DNA of 64,000 bases from an uncultured Nitrososphaerales archaeon. GTDB lineage: Archaea; Thermoproteota; Nitrososphaeria; Nitrososphaerales; Nitrososphaeraceae. The notes below the pieces were generated by a model that was not told the origin of the DNA, did not search any database, and worked only from the letters and a program-made list of their open reading frames with translations. Positions 24,138 to 34,141 of the stretch are shown one piece after another. The stretch's first letter is position 1. The number at the start of each line of letters is the position of its first letter. Location: the NCBI GenBank assembly GCA_963713605.1, contig CAVQMO010000001.1, positions 448,001 to 512,000 on the forward strand, written 5' to 3'. A program made the translations under genes and the position numbers.

Positions 24138-24208
24138 GAAATCCTTGAATCCATAATCAAAAGATTATCTCAATGTGTTTGCACTCTGGCAACTTAATTA
24201 TCACTACT

Positions 24209-24961
24209 TCAATCTTGAACTCGAGGTGCAAGATAAAAATGTATTCTTCCGATGTTTGCAACCCTGAACTCAAGTCGTAATGGCATCTTGGTAGAATACT
24301 CGGCTATCACAGATCCACCGGTGTTTCCTATAGCTTTTATCATTCTTGATAGATAATCAAGACTATAAGTAGCACTACTACTTTCTTTGACAGTAAGATC
24401 TTCTAGCCCTTCACTAGATTGATCCAAGGTGATGCTCGCTTCGCCTGAATCTCCTTTTCCGGTAAAGACAATTTTTGTTTGCTCTGATCCCAAAGTAATA
24501 TATTCAGATACCACTTGAATGTCTGAAAATACTCTATCCAGAGTAGTAGAGCTTAGAACAACCCTGGAGTTAAAATTCAATTTTGGAAGTGGAGTTGAAC
24601 CAGAAGAACTTTCTATGAGTCGCATTTTATATTCTCTGCTGTAGCCGTTTTTAATCCTAATTACTAATGTGGAGTTCTCCCCAATAGAAACCTCAACTGT
24701 ATCCTTTTTGTCTCCTCGTCTTATCAATTTAGAAAATTCATCAATCCTTACACCAAATTTAATCGAATCATTGCATTGAAATTTTTGGAAGGCTGAATTG
24801 GGCCAGTGTATATCAATAAGCGCTACATGAGAAGGATCCATCCCTCTGAATAGAAGTCCCTCAACATTGGCTTCAAAGGTAGCCTCATCTACAAGGGTAG
24901 AGATTGCAGACGTTACCACTTTCCATTCGTCGGGAGAGTTTGTACTAACACTGAATGTCAA
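24209..24961 (-). CDS. pcn: PCNA sliding clamp
   Basis: MDPSHVALI; C-terminal FYLAPR. Confidence 0.96.
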   Translation of the reverse strand: MTFSVSTNSPDEWKVVTSAISTLVDEATFEANVEGLLFRGMDPSHVALIDIHWPNSAFQKFQCNDSIKFGVRIDEFSKLIRRGDKKDTVEVSIGENSTLVIRIKNGYSREYKMRLIESSSGSTPLPKLNFNSRVVLSSTTLDRVFSDIQVVSEYITLGSEQTKIVFTGKGDSGEASITLDQSSEGLEDLTVKESSSATYSLDYLSRMIKAIGNTGGSVIAEYSTKMPLRLEFRVANIGRIHFYLAPRVQD

Positions 24962-25065
24962 TATTTATGATTACCGCTATCATCTATCAACTTTAAACAT
25001 TGCTGCCTTGACCATTAGGCCGACAATTCGATCTAGAAATACGTAACCGAACCGAACGGCCTTCA

Positions 25066-25419
25066 TCATGAATAATTCCTCCAAGTGTAGCTACATTCAG
25101 TACACCTATAGAACTGTGTAGTTGCCTCATCGGCAGACCTGGTCTGCAACATCCACCAAAAAGCAGTCATATTTCCACATTTTGCACATTGAATGGTAGT
25201 TGTCGGCATGGCATTTGGTGCATCAGAATCCATGACTTTGAGCGAACTTTTTGGAATATTCTCTGATCTTGCTTGCTTGGATTGAAGCATTTCTTGATCC
25301 TGAGATAAAAATTTACCCTGTTCCGCATATCCACATTTTGGACATTTTACTGTACCCTCTTCAGTCATTGTCTTCATACGTGACTCGCAGCTAGGACAAA
25401 ACTTCAGCTTGGCTATCAC
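25066..25419 (-). CDS. tfs: Transcription factor S (TFS/RpoM-like)
   Basis: Two Zn ribbons; QTRSADE acidic tip. Confidence 0.93.
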   Translation of the reverse strand: MIAKLKFCPSCESRMKTMTEEGTVKCPKCGYAEQGKFLSQDQEMLQSKQARSENIPKSSLKVMDSDAPNAMPTTTIQCAKCGNMTAFWWMLQTRSADEATTQFYRCTECSYTWRNYS

Positions 25420-25421
25420 CT

Positions 25422-25700
25422 TCAGGATTTTAGTTGAGTCTTAATAGTCGAACCTAATTCTTCCAAGAAATTACTTGCGTTGGCTGATGCTTCCTTTAGT
25501 GCTATTGCAGGATCTTCTTTTTTTGTGACAATCCTCATAATGTAGTCTCTTATAAGTGGGTGTTTCAGTATAACTCCCGCAAAGTCAATATCCTTTTTAC
25601 TAAGAAGTTCATGCTGGATAATCAGCATCACAGAAATATCTTCGTCCCTTAGTTTTAGCTCCAAGGTATTAGCATTACTCTCAATTACTTCTGCAAGCAT
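25422..25700 (-). CDS. rpoL: RNA polymerase subunit L (Rpo11)
   Basis: DEDIS...FAGVILKHPL; position in the rpoL-tfs-pcn cluster. Confidence 0.85.
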   Translation of the reverse strand: MLAEVIESNANTLELKLRDEDISVMLIIQHELLSKKDIDFAGVILKHPLIRDYIMRIVTKKEDPAIALKEASANASNFLEELGSTIKTQLKS

Positions 25701-25779
25701 ACGATAGAGACAACTACTTATTGAAGATATAAATGATCTCCTGATATTGCCGATGTTGAACAGTCGGGGAAATTTCATT

Positions 25780-26271
25780 TCGGAAACAAAGTTAGAAACT
25801 GTCCAAGAAAAGGAAGATTCTACTAATGTAGGACAGGCTAAGACTTAGTCTTTAGTATAACCGGGAGCATCAGAAGCGCATTTAATCAATCGAGTTGGGA
25901 GAGGGCGTACAACAAGCATGATAATTCATTTCGTCTTAAAATACGCATTGCCATTAAGATCAATAACCAAACAATCCTTACTAAAGAATATGTAAGGAAA
26001 GCTGTTCTGTTTTGGACCAGGAACCCCAAGATCCCATTTAGGATCTGGATATTCATAGTCACAAGAAGACATGCCATTATATCCTCTTTCAGTTGAAGAA
26101 GCTCAATCACTTATGTTTGACGTCAAGAAAACCATAGAGGTCGATGGAGATCGACGAGGCGGGTCAAAAAATGGTGAGACCCATGCGGAGATCCGAGTTT
26201 CATGGGGAAGGCACGATTTTACCGAGCCAGTAGAGTTGTCGGCCAAATCCAATTCAACAAGACTAGATTGA
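25780..26271 (+). CDS. Hypothetical protein, fragmented by indels (start uncertain)
   Basis: Open frame VFSITGSIRSAF...FWTRNPKIPFRIW joins ORF 26071-26271. Confidence 0.45.
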
Positions 26272-26373
26272 ATTCATGTCGTTTATTTAGCCGCTTGGAC
26301 CCCAATTGTACGAAATACCTAGATCCTGTCTATTAATTAGAATGCTAGGTAGGTATACTGTGGATCGCTTTTT

Positions 26374-26520
26374 CTATTCTGGCACCGATTCGCAGACTAT
26401 GCGCCCATTTTCTAGCCTGACAAATAGATATCGGTTGTCCTTAAAAATTAGCGTTAATTCGGAGTCGGACTGTTCAACATCAAGTAATTCCTGACCCTTT
26501 ATCCCATCAAATTTTGCCAT
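26374..26520 (-). CDS. Small hypothetical protein (48 aa)
   Basis: MAKFDGIKGQELLDVEQSDSELTLIFKDNRYLFVRLENGRIVCESVPE; TTTAATATA TATA-like box upstream. Confidence 0.65.
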   Translation of the reverse strand: MAKFDGIKGQELLDVEQSDSELTLIFKDNRYLFVRLENGRIVCESVPE

Positions 26521-26710
26521 AAGTATTTAGTGTTCTCGACCAGATATATTAAATTAGATCCTGACTGTACATTGGTTGAAATGCCCCTAACAGATACTTG
26601 GGTCATTGAAGACGGTAACTTTTCGGAATTTTTCCTTTGTGACTCATCATATGTCCTGCATCCTACAGGAGGATGGCTGAGAAATTGGCAGGAAGGTTCG
26701 AGTTAGATAT

Positions 26711-28012
26711 TTGAGAATAAGCGATTTATTATCTTCAGATTACATTGGGAAAGAGGTGACCCTGCGAGGTTGGGTGTATAGGTTAAGAAAGCAAAAGGGA
26801 AACGCTTTCGTGCTTCTCAGAGATGATCGTGGATCTATCATACAATGTGTTTTCCCTTCATCTAAGTTAGACAACGTAACAAGGGAGTCATCTGTGCAAA
26901 TTTCTGGTATAGTAAAACACGATGCTCGCGCTCCAGAAGGGGGGATCGAGATAACTGGGACCGATCTCAAGATCTTTCAAGTTTCGGAAAAGGATTATCC
27001 TCTTGGTGAGTATCAAAGCGCAGAGTTACTCCTAGATAACAGACACCTCGCCTTGCGCACGAGGAAAATGGTAGAAATTGCTAAGATTAGAGCGTCGATG
27101 TTTAAGTTTCTCAGACTATGGTTTTCGGACAATGAATGGATGGAAATAACCCCGCCGCTAATTGTAAAGGGTTCCGTAGAGGGTGGATCAACTCTCTTCA
27201 AACTAAATTACTTTGATGACGTGGCATTCCTGTCACAGAGTGCACAGCTTTATCTAGAGGCAATGATTTTCTCTCTGGGTCCTGTATGGAGTCTTACTTC
27301 TTCCTTTAGAGCGGAACGATCTAGAACTGTTAGGCATTTGGCGGAATTTTCACATCTGGAGTGCGAGTCTCCATGGGTGTCCCTTAGAGATCTTCTACAA
27401 ATCCAAGAGGACCTTGTCAGGTATACGATTGAAAAGACTATCAATGAACGAAAAGATTCATTGAAATTTCTCAAAATAGACATTAGCCGGTTTAGAAATC
27501 TTACAGAACCATTTCACAAAATTACCTACGATCAAGCCATTGAAAAGCTGGAATCATTTGATTTCCAGATTACTGAACTCGAAGGAAAATCTAGAGCTAT
27601 TCAATGGGGAGATGATTTGAACATTGACTCCGAAAGGGAATTAACTAGGAAAATGATGACCCCCTTGTTCATCACTGGATACCCTACCAAGGTAAAACCT
27701 TTCTATGTCAAAGAGAACCCAGATCGGTCCGGAACAAGTCTCACTTACGATCTCTTGGGACCGCAAGGGTATGGAGAGATGAGTAGTGGAGGCATGAGAG
27801 AAGACAACCTCACTACATTGTCCAACAGGATTGAGCAAGCAGGACTTAACACTATTGATTACAAATGGTATCTTGATTTGAGGAAATATGGATCGGTAGA
27901 ACATGGAGGATTTGGGATGGGTATCGAAAGGGTGCTGAGATGGTTTATGGGCATCGAGGATATCAAGGATTCAGTCCTGTTCCCTCGGACCATGTCCAGA
28001 GTCAGTCCTTAG
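26711..28012 (+). CDS. asnS: Asparagine--tRNA ligase
   Basis: OB fold RGWVYRLR; SQSAQLYLE (AsnRS-type rather than AspRS QSPQLYKQ); YLDLRKYG, GFGMGIER. Confidence 0.85.
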   Translation: MRISDLLSSDYIGKEVTLRGWVYRLRKQKGNAFVLLRDDRGSIIQCVFPSSKLDNVTRESSVQISGIVKHDARAPEGGIEITGTDLKIFQVSEKDYPLGEYQSAELLLDNRHLALRTRKMVEIAKIRASMFKFLRLWFSDNEWMEITPPLIVKGSVEGGSTLFKLNYFDDVAFLSQSAQLYLEAMIFSLGPVWSLTSSFRAERSRTVRHLAEFSHLECESPWVSLRDLLQIQEDLVRYTIEKTINERKDSLKFLKIDISRFRNLTEPFHKITYDQAIEKLESFDFQITELEGKSRAIQWGDDLNIDSERELTRKMMTPLFITGYPTKVKPFYVKENPDRSGTSLTYDLLGPQGYGEMSSGGMREDNLTTLSNRIEQAGLNTIDYKWYLDLRKYGSVEHGGFGMGIERVLRWFMGIEDIKDSVLFPRTMSRVSP

Positions 28013-28112
28013 CAGGGCAATTTTCATCAAGGGCTCAGTGATCATGAACAAAATTCTAATTGTTTGCTTTGAACTTGTCAAGTTTAAATTTTAGGCACAC
28101 GGTCAGTGATCG

Positions 28113-28925
28113 ATGCATGGGGAGCGCGAGGAGGAAGTTAACTCCTTGTTTTTCGAACTGGCTGGAGATCTTCCGGTTTTCTACTTTAATGAAACTTAGA
28201 AGCAGATCTTACCGTCTATCTCAACTTGCTGAAGAGCTCAATGCAACGATGCAGGAAACGCATAGAAACATCTCAAGACTTATATCCTCAAATCTCGTTA
28301 CAAAGGGACTTGAAGGAGACCTCTTACTGACGCCATATGGAGAATTAATTGTTTCTCTAATTCCAAGCTACGCCTTCATGTTTCAGAATAGAGAGTATTT
28401 CAATGATCATACATTTAGGTGATCTCCCATTGCAATTTGTTCTTAGGATAGGTTCCCTCGCAGAATGTGAGGTTGTTAATGGTGTTATGGCTATACTCCA
28501 AAGGTGGAAGTATATATTTTTGAATTCAAAGGAGTACATCAAAGAAATAATCTCAGAAGTACCGGTCGACCTTATTGAGACACTTAGTTCACGCATTCAA
28601 AGTGGCGTAAAATTTTCCTACATATTCCCTCGAGATCCAGTGGTTCCGAAGGGAAGGAGTGAAATCTTGGAAAGAATAGGCTGGCGAAGCTTAATTTCTA
28701 AAGGGATGGTTGAAAGAAGAATGCTTGATACCGTCAAGTTAGTCTTGATATTTAACGAACGACAATCCTGTGTTGCATTCCCTAGATCTGAAAGGAAGGC
28801 CCGACTTAAATATGGTATACTATAGTGATAGGAATGAATTTCATGAATGGTGCGAGGATTACTTCACATACCAGTGGAACCGAGCTGGAGTGTTCGACGA
28901 GAGTAAATTGCCACACGAGATCTGA
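28113..28925 (+). CDS. Winged-HTH transcriptional regulator (archaeal DUF1724-like), several frameshifts
   Basis: LFFELAG...RLSQLAEELNATMQETHRNISRL wHTH; C-terminal FHEWCEDYF. Confidence 0.75.
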
Positions 28926-29175
28926 AGACCTAGAATTAGGTACTAGATTGTAATTTACCTATGGAACGAAATGAAACTTACTCTAGTATTCTATGCTTCG
29001 TGAGTCTGAAGGTCCGATATTATGTTGTTACTCCCTTTCTACAGTAGTGGCTCGGGAAAGCAGGATGTAAGGGGCGACCGGTTATTTTAGAATGCGTTTA
29101 ACTATTCCATGATAAAATACCATAAATTGAACTCATCTACATGTTTTTATACACCAGCAAAGACTATCTAGGTGT

Positions 29176-29408
29176 ATGCCACAGGCCTTTGTACTGATGA
29201 ATGCAGAACTGGGAAGTGAAGACTCTATTGTTACCGAGCTCAATAAACTTGAAGGTGTAAGAGAGGTTTACCAGGTTTATGGCGTCTATGATATCGTGGC
29301 ACAAGTTGAAGCTGACACAATGGAGAAGGTTAAAGAAACTATCACGTGGAAGCTGAAGAAAGCTCAATGGGGTCAAATCCACGTTAACAATGATAGTGAT
29401 GGACTAAG
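29176..29408 (+). CDS. Lrp/AsnC ligand-binding-domain protein (frameshift near the 3' end)
   Basis: AFVLMNAELG, VYGVYDIVA; shifted end KLNGVKSTLTMIVMD*. Confidence 0.88.
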
Positions 29409-29540
29409 GCAGACGACTAATTTGTAGGAATGTATTTCTAGCACTGACAAGCTTCGGAAGAATTGTCCAAACTTTTTTGGGAAAATAGACTACACAAGGT
29501 TAAAGAAGTTGTATTGCATTGTTAAATATCGATCGATCAT

Positions 29541-29705
29541 ATGATTTTGTTCAGAAGGAAGAATGAAGAAGGATTGAATGAATTCAAATGCAAGTACTGT
29601 GACATGAAATTCGATGATAGAGAGCGGTTAAAGAGGCATTCTCGAAAAGCACACTCTGAGAACGAGGACTTTACTCCTAACGCAAATCCGTTTGGCGGAT
29701 TTTAG
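29541..29705 (+). CDS. Small C2H2 zinc-finger protein (54 aa)
   Basis: FKCKYCDMKFDDRERLKRHSRKAH = F-x-C-x2-C-x3-F-x5-L-x2-H-x4-H; below the ORF-track cutoff. Confidence 0.8.
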   Translation: MILFRRKNEEGLNEFKCKYCDMKFDDRERLKRHSRKAHSENEDFTPNANPFGGF

Positions 29706-29761
29706 TTAAATACGAATTTATCCCATTCCCAAGATGTAACAAGATCGTAATATGCTCACAT

Positions 29762-30733
29762 ATGTTCCCAATTCACGATGATACCCAAAGACTCCATGGA
29801 AGACCCTATGTCAATTATGGCCTGATCTTTGTTAACGTGGTGGTATTTATTTGGGAATTGTCGTTTACTAGTAACTTTACAGATCCAATCGCTACACAGG
29901 AATTATTTTATACGTATGGTGCTATTCCTCGTTTCGTACTCTCTGGGGATATCGTGTCCATCATTACGTCAATGTTTATGCATGGTGGAATCGCTCACAT
30001 CGCAGGCAATATGGTTTTTCTGTTCGTTTTTGGAGATAATATAGAAGACAGATTTGGACATCTGAAATACCTTCTAATATACCTATTATGGGGGATACTA
30101 TCAGCCTACTCCCACAGCTTGGTTGCGACTGACAGTACTAATGCATTGGTCCCTGCTGTTGGAGCATCGGGTGCTATTTCAGGTGTATTGGGAGCCTATT
30201 TAGTGATGTTTCCTAGAGCAAAAATATTCACAGTAGTAATTGCCTTCTTTGTCACGACTATTAGGATTCCAGCAATTGCATTCTTACCAATATGGTTTGT
30301 CATGCAATTAGCCTTCGGTTTTATATTCCCACAATCTGGAGGTATAGCATATTTTGCTCATATAGGAGGATTCGCAGCAGGATTGGTTACCGCTTATGTT
30401 TGGAGGCTATTAGCAAGTAACAGGGTCCGAGATATTCGTTCTCCTCCAATTAAGAAGATAGCATATGACAAACCTGAAAGTCAGTTGGTTAGAGGAGAAC
30501 CAGAGATTATCAAAGGGCCAGACTTTTACGAAATATTAGCGGAGGTTAAAGGTATTTCAGGTCTCGCCGACGTTACTGTGGATTTCGAACCTCAAAACAG
30601 TATAGTAAGGTTAACCGATAACAAGTCCAAAATTTCACGGATACTTGCCAATTTACCAGAAGATGCGTTGAAATATCAATTGCAAGAAATTGATTATCTC
30701 AATGGCATCATTCGCGTGAGGTTAAGTTTATAG
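29762..30733 (+). CDS. Rhomboid intramembrane serine protease with a C-terminal soluble domain
   Basis: HGGIAHIAGNM, GASGAISG catalytic Ser, AHIGG catalytic His. Confidence 0.93.
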   Translation: MFPIHDDTQRLHGRPYVNYGLIFVNVVVFIWELSFTSNFTDPIATQELFYTYGAIPRFVLSGDIVSIITSMFMHGGIAHIAGNMVFLFVFGDNIEDRFGHLKYLLIYLLWGILSAYSHSLVATDSTNALVPAVGASGAISGVLGAYLVMFPRAKIFTVVIAFFVTTIRIPAIAFLPIWFVMQLAFGFIFPQSGGIAYFAHIGGFAAGLVTAYVWRLLASNRVRDIRSPPIKKIAYDKPESQLVRGEPEIIKGPDFYEILAEVKGISGLADVTVDFEPQNSIVRLTDNKSKISRILANLPEDALKYQLQEIDYLNGIIRVRLSL

Positions 30734-30839
30734 TACGACAAAATCATGCGAATCTTCCTCAATACACTTGATTTCAAGATGAAAAATTCTGCAATCTAGT
30801 CAGGCCAAAAGTTTATAGATGCGGTTCTTGAGTCCTGTA

Positions 30840-31457
30840 ATGATGTCGCAGCAGACCCCTCCAAAATTGGGAGGTAAGGTTTCTAGGCGTGATTTCTTGA
30901 AATTAATGGCTGCTGCTGGTACCGTTTTAACATTTATACCGTTCGTTGATTGGGGTAAGTTTTTACCCAACCCCACCTCGCAAGTATCGGTAAGGGCTAA
31001 GGTGGAACTACCTGATGGGTCACAAGCTAGCATCGGCTCATTCCCAGTGAATCATTCTGAGGCCGTGATCTATCCCAAAACCGATGATCCTACTTTGAAT
31101 AAAGAAGCATTTAGAACCTGGCAGTTCATTAGGCTACCGGAGGAGTTAGGAGGAAGCAATAACGATGTTTCAGCTTTCAGAATGTATAGTATGGTATGTT
31201 TGCATTTGTGGTGTTTGTGGAAATATTGGCCTGAACCAGGAAGGAAAAGGGGAGAATGCCCTTGTCATGGCAGCCTATACGATCCGTTGACAGGTATGGC
31301 ATTTGCCGGACCGGCGTCCCTTCAATCGCCTCCTTCAAACGTATTACCAATGCTTGATTTAGAAGCAGATCAAAATGGAGCAATCTGGATTAAACCTCCA
31401 AACTGGAGTCCAAATGGTAATGGAGTAGTGGGATTTGGGCGCTACCTTAAAGAGTAA
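30840..31457 (+). CDS. petC: Rieske Fe-S protein of complex III
   Basis: Tat motif SRRDFLK; CLHLWC and CPCHGS. Confidence 0.95.
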   Translation: MMSQQTPPKLGGKVSRRDFLKLMAAAGTVLTFIPFVDWGKFLPNPTSQVSVRAKVELPDGSQASIGSFPVNHSEAVIYPKTDDPTLNKEAFRTWQFIRLPEELGGSNNDVSAFRMYSMVCLHLWCLWKYWPEPGRKRGECPCHGSLYDPLTGMAFAGPASLQSPPSNVLPMLDLEADQNGAIWIKPPNWSPNGNGVVGFGRYLKE

Positions 31458-33084
31458 AAATAGCCTGGTCCAGTTCTGTAACTGGGTCTACGAAGGAGTA
31501 GACCGAACTATATTTATGGGGATGAAATTCACTATTCCCTCGAGATTCGTCAGTCCTCTTGGCTTTCTAGGGATGTTAACATTTGTCATATTCATCATCC
31601 TAGGTATAACTGGCGCGCTTTTGATGTTGTGGTACGAACCTATCCTGGATAGGGCTTGGGACAGTGTTGAAAGAATTAATGAGACCATCCCATTTGGATT
31701 TCATTTACGTAATATTCATTATCACGCTTCCAACGCAATGGTGATGGTAGCATTGCTTCATATGTATTACCAATATTTCAGTGGCCGCTACAAGATTCGG
31801 AATGAAATCCTTTGGGTAACCGGAATCATATTAGGGGTTCTTACCATACTCGAAGCTTTTACAGGGTATGACATCATATTTAGCGAACGTGCTGAGCTCG
31901 CGATCTCTATTGCAGCTTCATTAACTAATTCTATCCCTGTTTTGGGACCTGATATGAGGGAAGCGTTTTTTGGAGGAGGCTTTTCCGACTTTATCTTGAG
32001 GTTTTACTCATTCCACGTCTTCTGGCTGCCAATTGCAATGCTAGGTCTCATGGTCGTGCACTTTCCGAGGTTCTTGGTTTTTGATGTTCCTATGGTGATG
32101 GCTTTTGCTGGGGCTATAATGATAACGGGAGGAGTTTTCCCTGTGGATATGGGATTAAAATTTGATCCTAATGTTCCACCCGGGATCACAGTTCCAGAAT
32201 GGTATCTTACAGGTCTGTACGCTTTCTTGAGAACGATGTATGATAAGTTCGTGACGGGTGTGCTTTGGCCTGGACTCTTCATCTTTACATTGCTAATAAT
32301 ACCTTTCGTGGATCGATACAAGAAGTTCTCGTGGAAGGACCGGCCAATCATTACTGCAGTTGGTATCACAAGTCTAGCCCAGATTATTGTTACAACCTAT
32401 TGGGGGTTTTATATAGATCCAGATATTCAGAAATCTCTCCTCGCACGACTTGTGATTGACCCTATTTTCTTTTATATTGTAATGGTCTTATTGGTTCCGC
32501 TTTCATTCGGTTTCACATATATGATGATAAAGCTAGCGAAGAATGCAGAGTCAAAGGCAAAGGCGCAACCAAAGAAAGCCACGGGAAAAGGTCCGATCAA
32601 CCTTCCCGCAAAATGGGTGTATATAGTCTTTATTGGCTTACTCATATTTCAAATATACCTCAATATTTCAGCATACTACGCGGTAGTAAGTGGAATGAAC
32701 AACTTTTCGTTGTTCATTGTAGGCTTGATGATGCTGGTATTTGCAGGGATGTTCCATATCTACAGACATGGTCGCGCTATGGAAAAAGCTCCACCACCTT
32801 TGCCACCTAAACCTGCAATTCAGCCAAAAGCTCCTTCGCCACTCCCTCAAACGTCTTATGCTACCTACGCTGTGGAACCTAATGTTGAAAAGCCTTTAGC
32901 TCCTCAGCAAGCGCAAAAGACTCAACCTTCAATTGGTTCATATCAAAACACTAAGTCTTCCTCATTAAGTGCCGATGGCAATGCTGACAATAGCGTTTCA
33001 AAGCAAGTGGGACTTACTCAAGACACCACTTCTTCAACTAAAATAGATAATAACGATAAAGCCCGAAATGAACACGACGGTTAA
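31435..33084 (+). CDS. petB: Cytochrome b of complex III with C-terminal extension
   Basis: Heme His residues (IHYH, LLHM, SFHVF, VVHF); PEWY motif. Confidence 0.95.
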   Translation: MGATLKSKNSLVQFCNWVYEGVDRTIFMGMKFTIPSRFVSPLGFLGMLTFVIFIILGITGALLMLWYEPILDRAWDSVERINETIPFGFHLRNIHYHASNAMVMVALLHMYYQYFSGRYKIRNEILWVTGIILGVLTILEAFTGYDIIFSERAELAISIAASLTNSIPVLGPDMREAFFGGGFSDFILRFYSFHVFWLPIAMLGLMVVHFPRFLVFDVPMVMAFAGAIMITGGVFPVDMGLKFDPNVPPGITVPEWYLTGLYAFLRTMYDKFVTGVLWPGLFIFTLLIIPFVDRYKKFSWKDRPIITAVGITSLAQIIVTTYWGFYIDPDIQKSLLARLVIDPIFFYIVMVLLVPLSFGFTYMMIKLAKNAESKAKAQPKKATGKGPINLPAKWVYIVFIGLLIFQIYLNISAYYAVVSGMNNFSLFIVGLMMLVFAGMFHIYRHGRAMEKAPPPLPPKPAIQPKAPSPLPQTSYATYAVEPNVEKPLAPQQAQKTQPSIGSYQNTKSSSLSADGNADNSVSKQVGLTQDTTSSTKIDNNDKARNEHDG

Positions 33085-33148
33085 TCAACTTCAATACCAA
33101 AGAAGCTTTATATGTGAAATGTCTCCACCACATAGAAAGCATAGGTAG

Positions 33149-33610
33149 ATGACTAATAATGTTGCAGGGATCAGCATCATGGCCTTTGTTGTTTCTGTTG
33201 CCATAAGCGTAGGCTACTATCAATTTGTCTATATCCCACAAGCAACGGCAACTCCGGTGGTACCTGAAGAGGTTCTTAACCCCACAGAATCTGTAGAAAT
33301 ATCCATATCAGTAGGTTCTGCACAGCCATCACAGACCGAAAACTTTGTTCCGAAGGAAGTAGAAGGGGCATTGGGTTTATCAAACAAGTTCGTTTGGACA
33401 AACGACGATTCAGTTCCTCACACAGTGACCTCTGATACAGGATATGAAGATCCTGTCAACGGGGCATTCAACAGCATGGATACTATTGGTCTTATTCCTG
33501 CCAATGAAAAGTATGAGTTTACATTTACTGAAGTAGGTGAGTTTCCATATCATTGTGAGCCACACCCATGGATGACAGGAAAGGTTACCGTGGCCGAGGG
33601 AAGATTCTGA
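33149..33610 (+). CDS. Membrane-anchored plastocyanin-like cupredoxin
   Basis: N-terminal TM helix; PHTVT and YHCEPHPWMTG type-1 Cu ligands. Confidence 0.93.
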   Translation: MTNNVAGISIMAFVVSVAISVGYYQFVYIPQATATPVVPEEVLNPTESVEISISVGSAQPSQTENFVPKEVEGALGLSNKFVWTNDDSVPHTVTSDTGYEDPVNGAFNSMDTIGLIPANEKYEFTFTEVGEFPYHCEPHPWMTGKVTVAEGRF

Positions 33611-33673
33611 TAATCATAGCATTCAAGATGTGTTTAATTGAAGCAGAACACGAACAATCTATAACTTCCAGTA

Positions 33674-34123
33674 TTACTTGCTAAGGATAAGGTAGGAGAT
33701 ATCGCTAGCTATTTCTTTATGTTCTTGGATTATGGATACCCTAAACTTGACCTTAGTGGAGGCATCGAGGGGAATATGATTGGTCCTCGCTATAAAGGTT
33801 ATTTTTTTCTGCCCAGAAATGTCTTTTTCAAATATTGAAAGCCTTGGGTAAGGATAATCTATCTTTCTTCCATTGAGCTCTACAAATCCAAAGGTACCGC
33901 TAGAATCTTCTATTTGTGAATTTATAACAACAGTATCATATCTGGAATTGTATGCAAGATTGATAGTTCCATGGATATCCTGGTCTGAAGTCACTTGCTC
34001 CTCTGTCAATTCAATTGAGATTGGACTGCTACTGACGTTCATTTTTAGGTTATAGAAATTATTCGAAATATTTGTTTTACTAGATGATAGGCCTTGACTT
34101 AAAGCATTTGGCTCAAAGTACAA
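33674..34123 (-). CDS. Hypothetical protein (start probably near 34043)
   Basis: Beta-rich ORF filling the gap. Confidence 0.6.
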   Translation of the reverse strand: MYFEPNALSQGLSSSKTNISNNFYNLKMNVSSSPISIELTEEQVTSDQDIHGTINLAYNSRYDTVVINSQIEDSSGTFGFVELNGRKIDYPYPRLSIFEKDISGQKKITFIARTNHIPLDASTKVKFRVSIIQEHKEIASDISYLILSK

Positions 34124-34141
34124 GATATTAAATTAGGGCTA

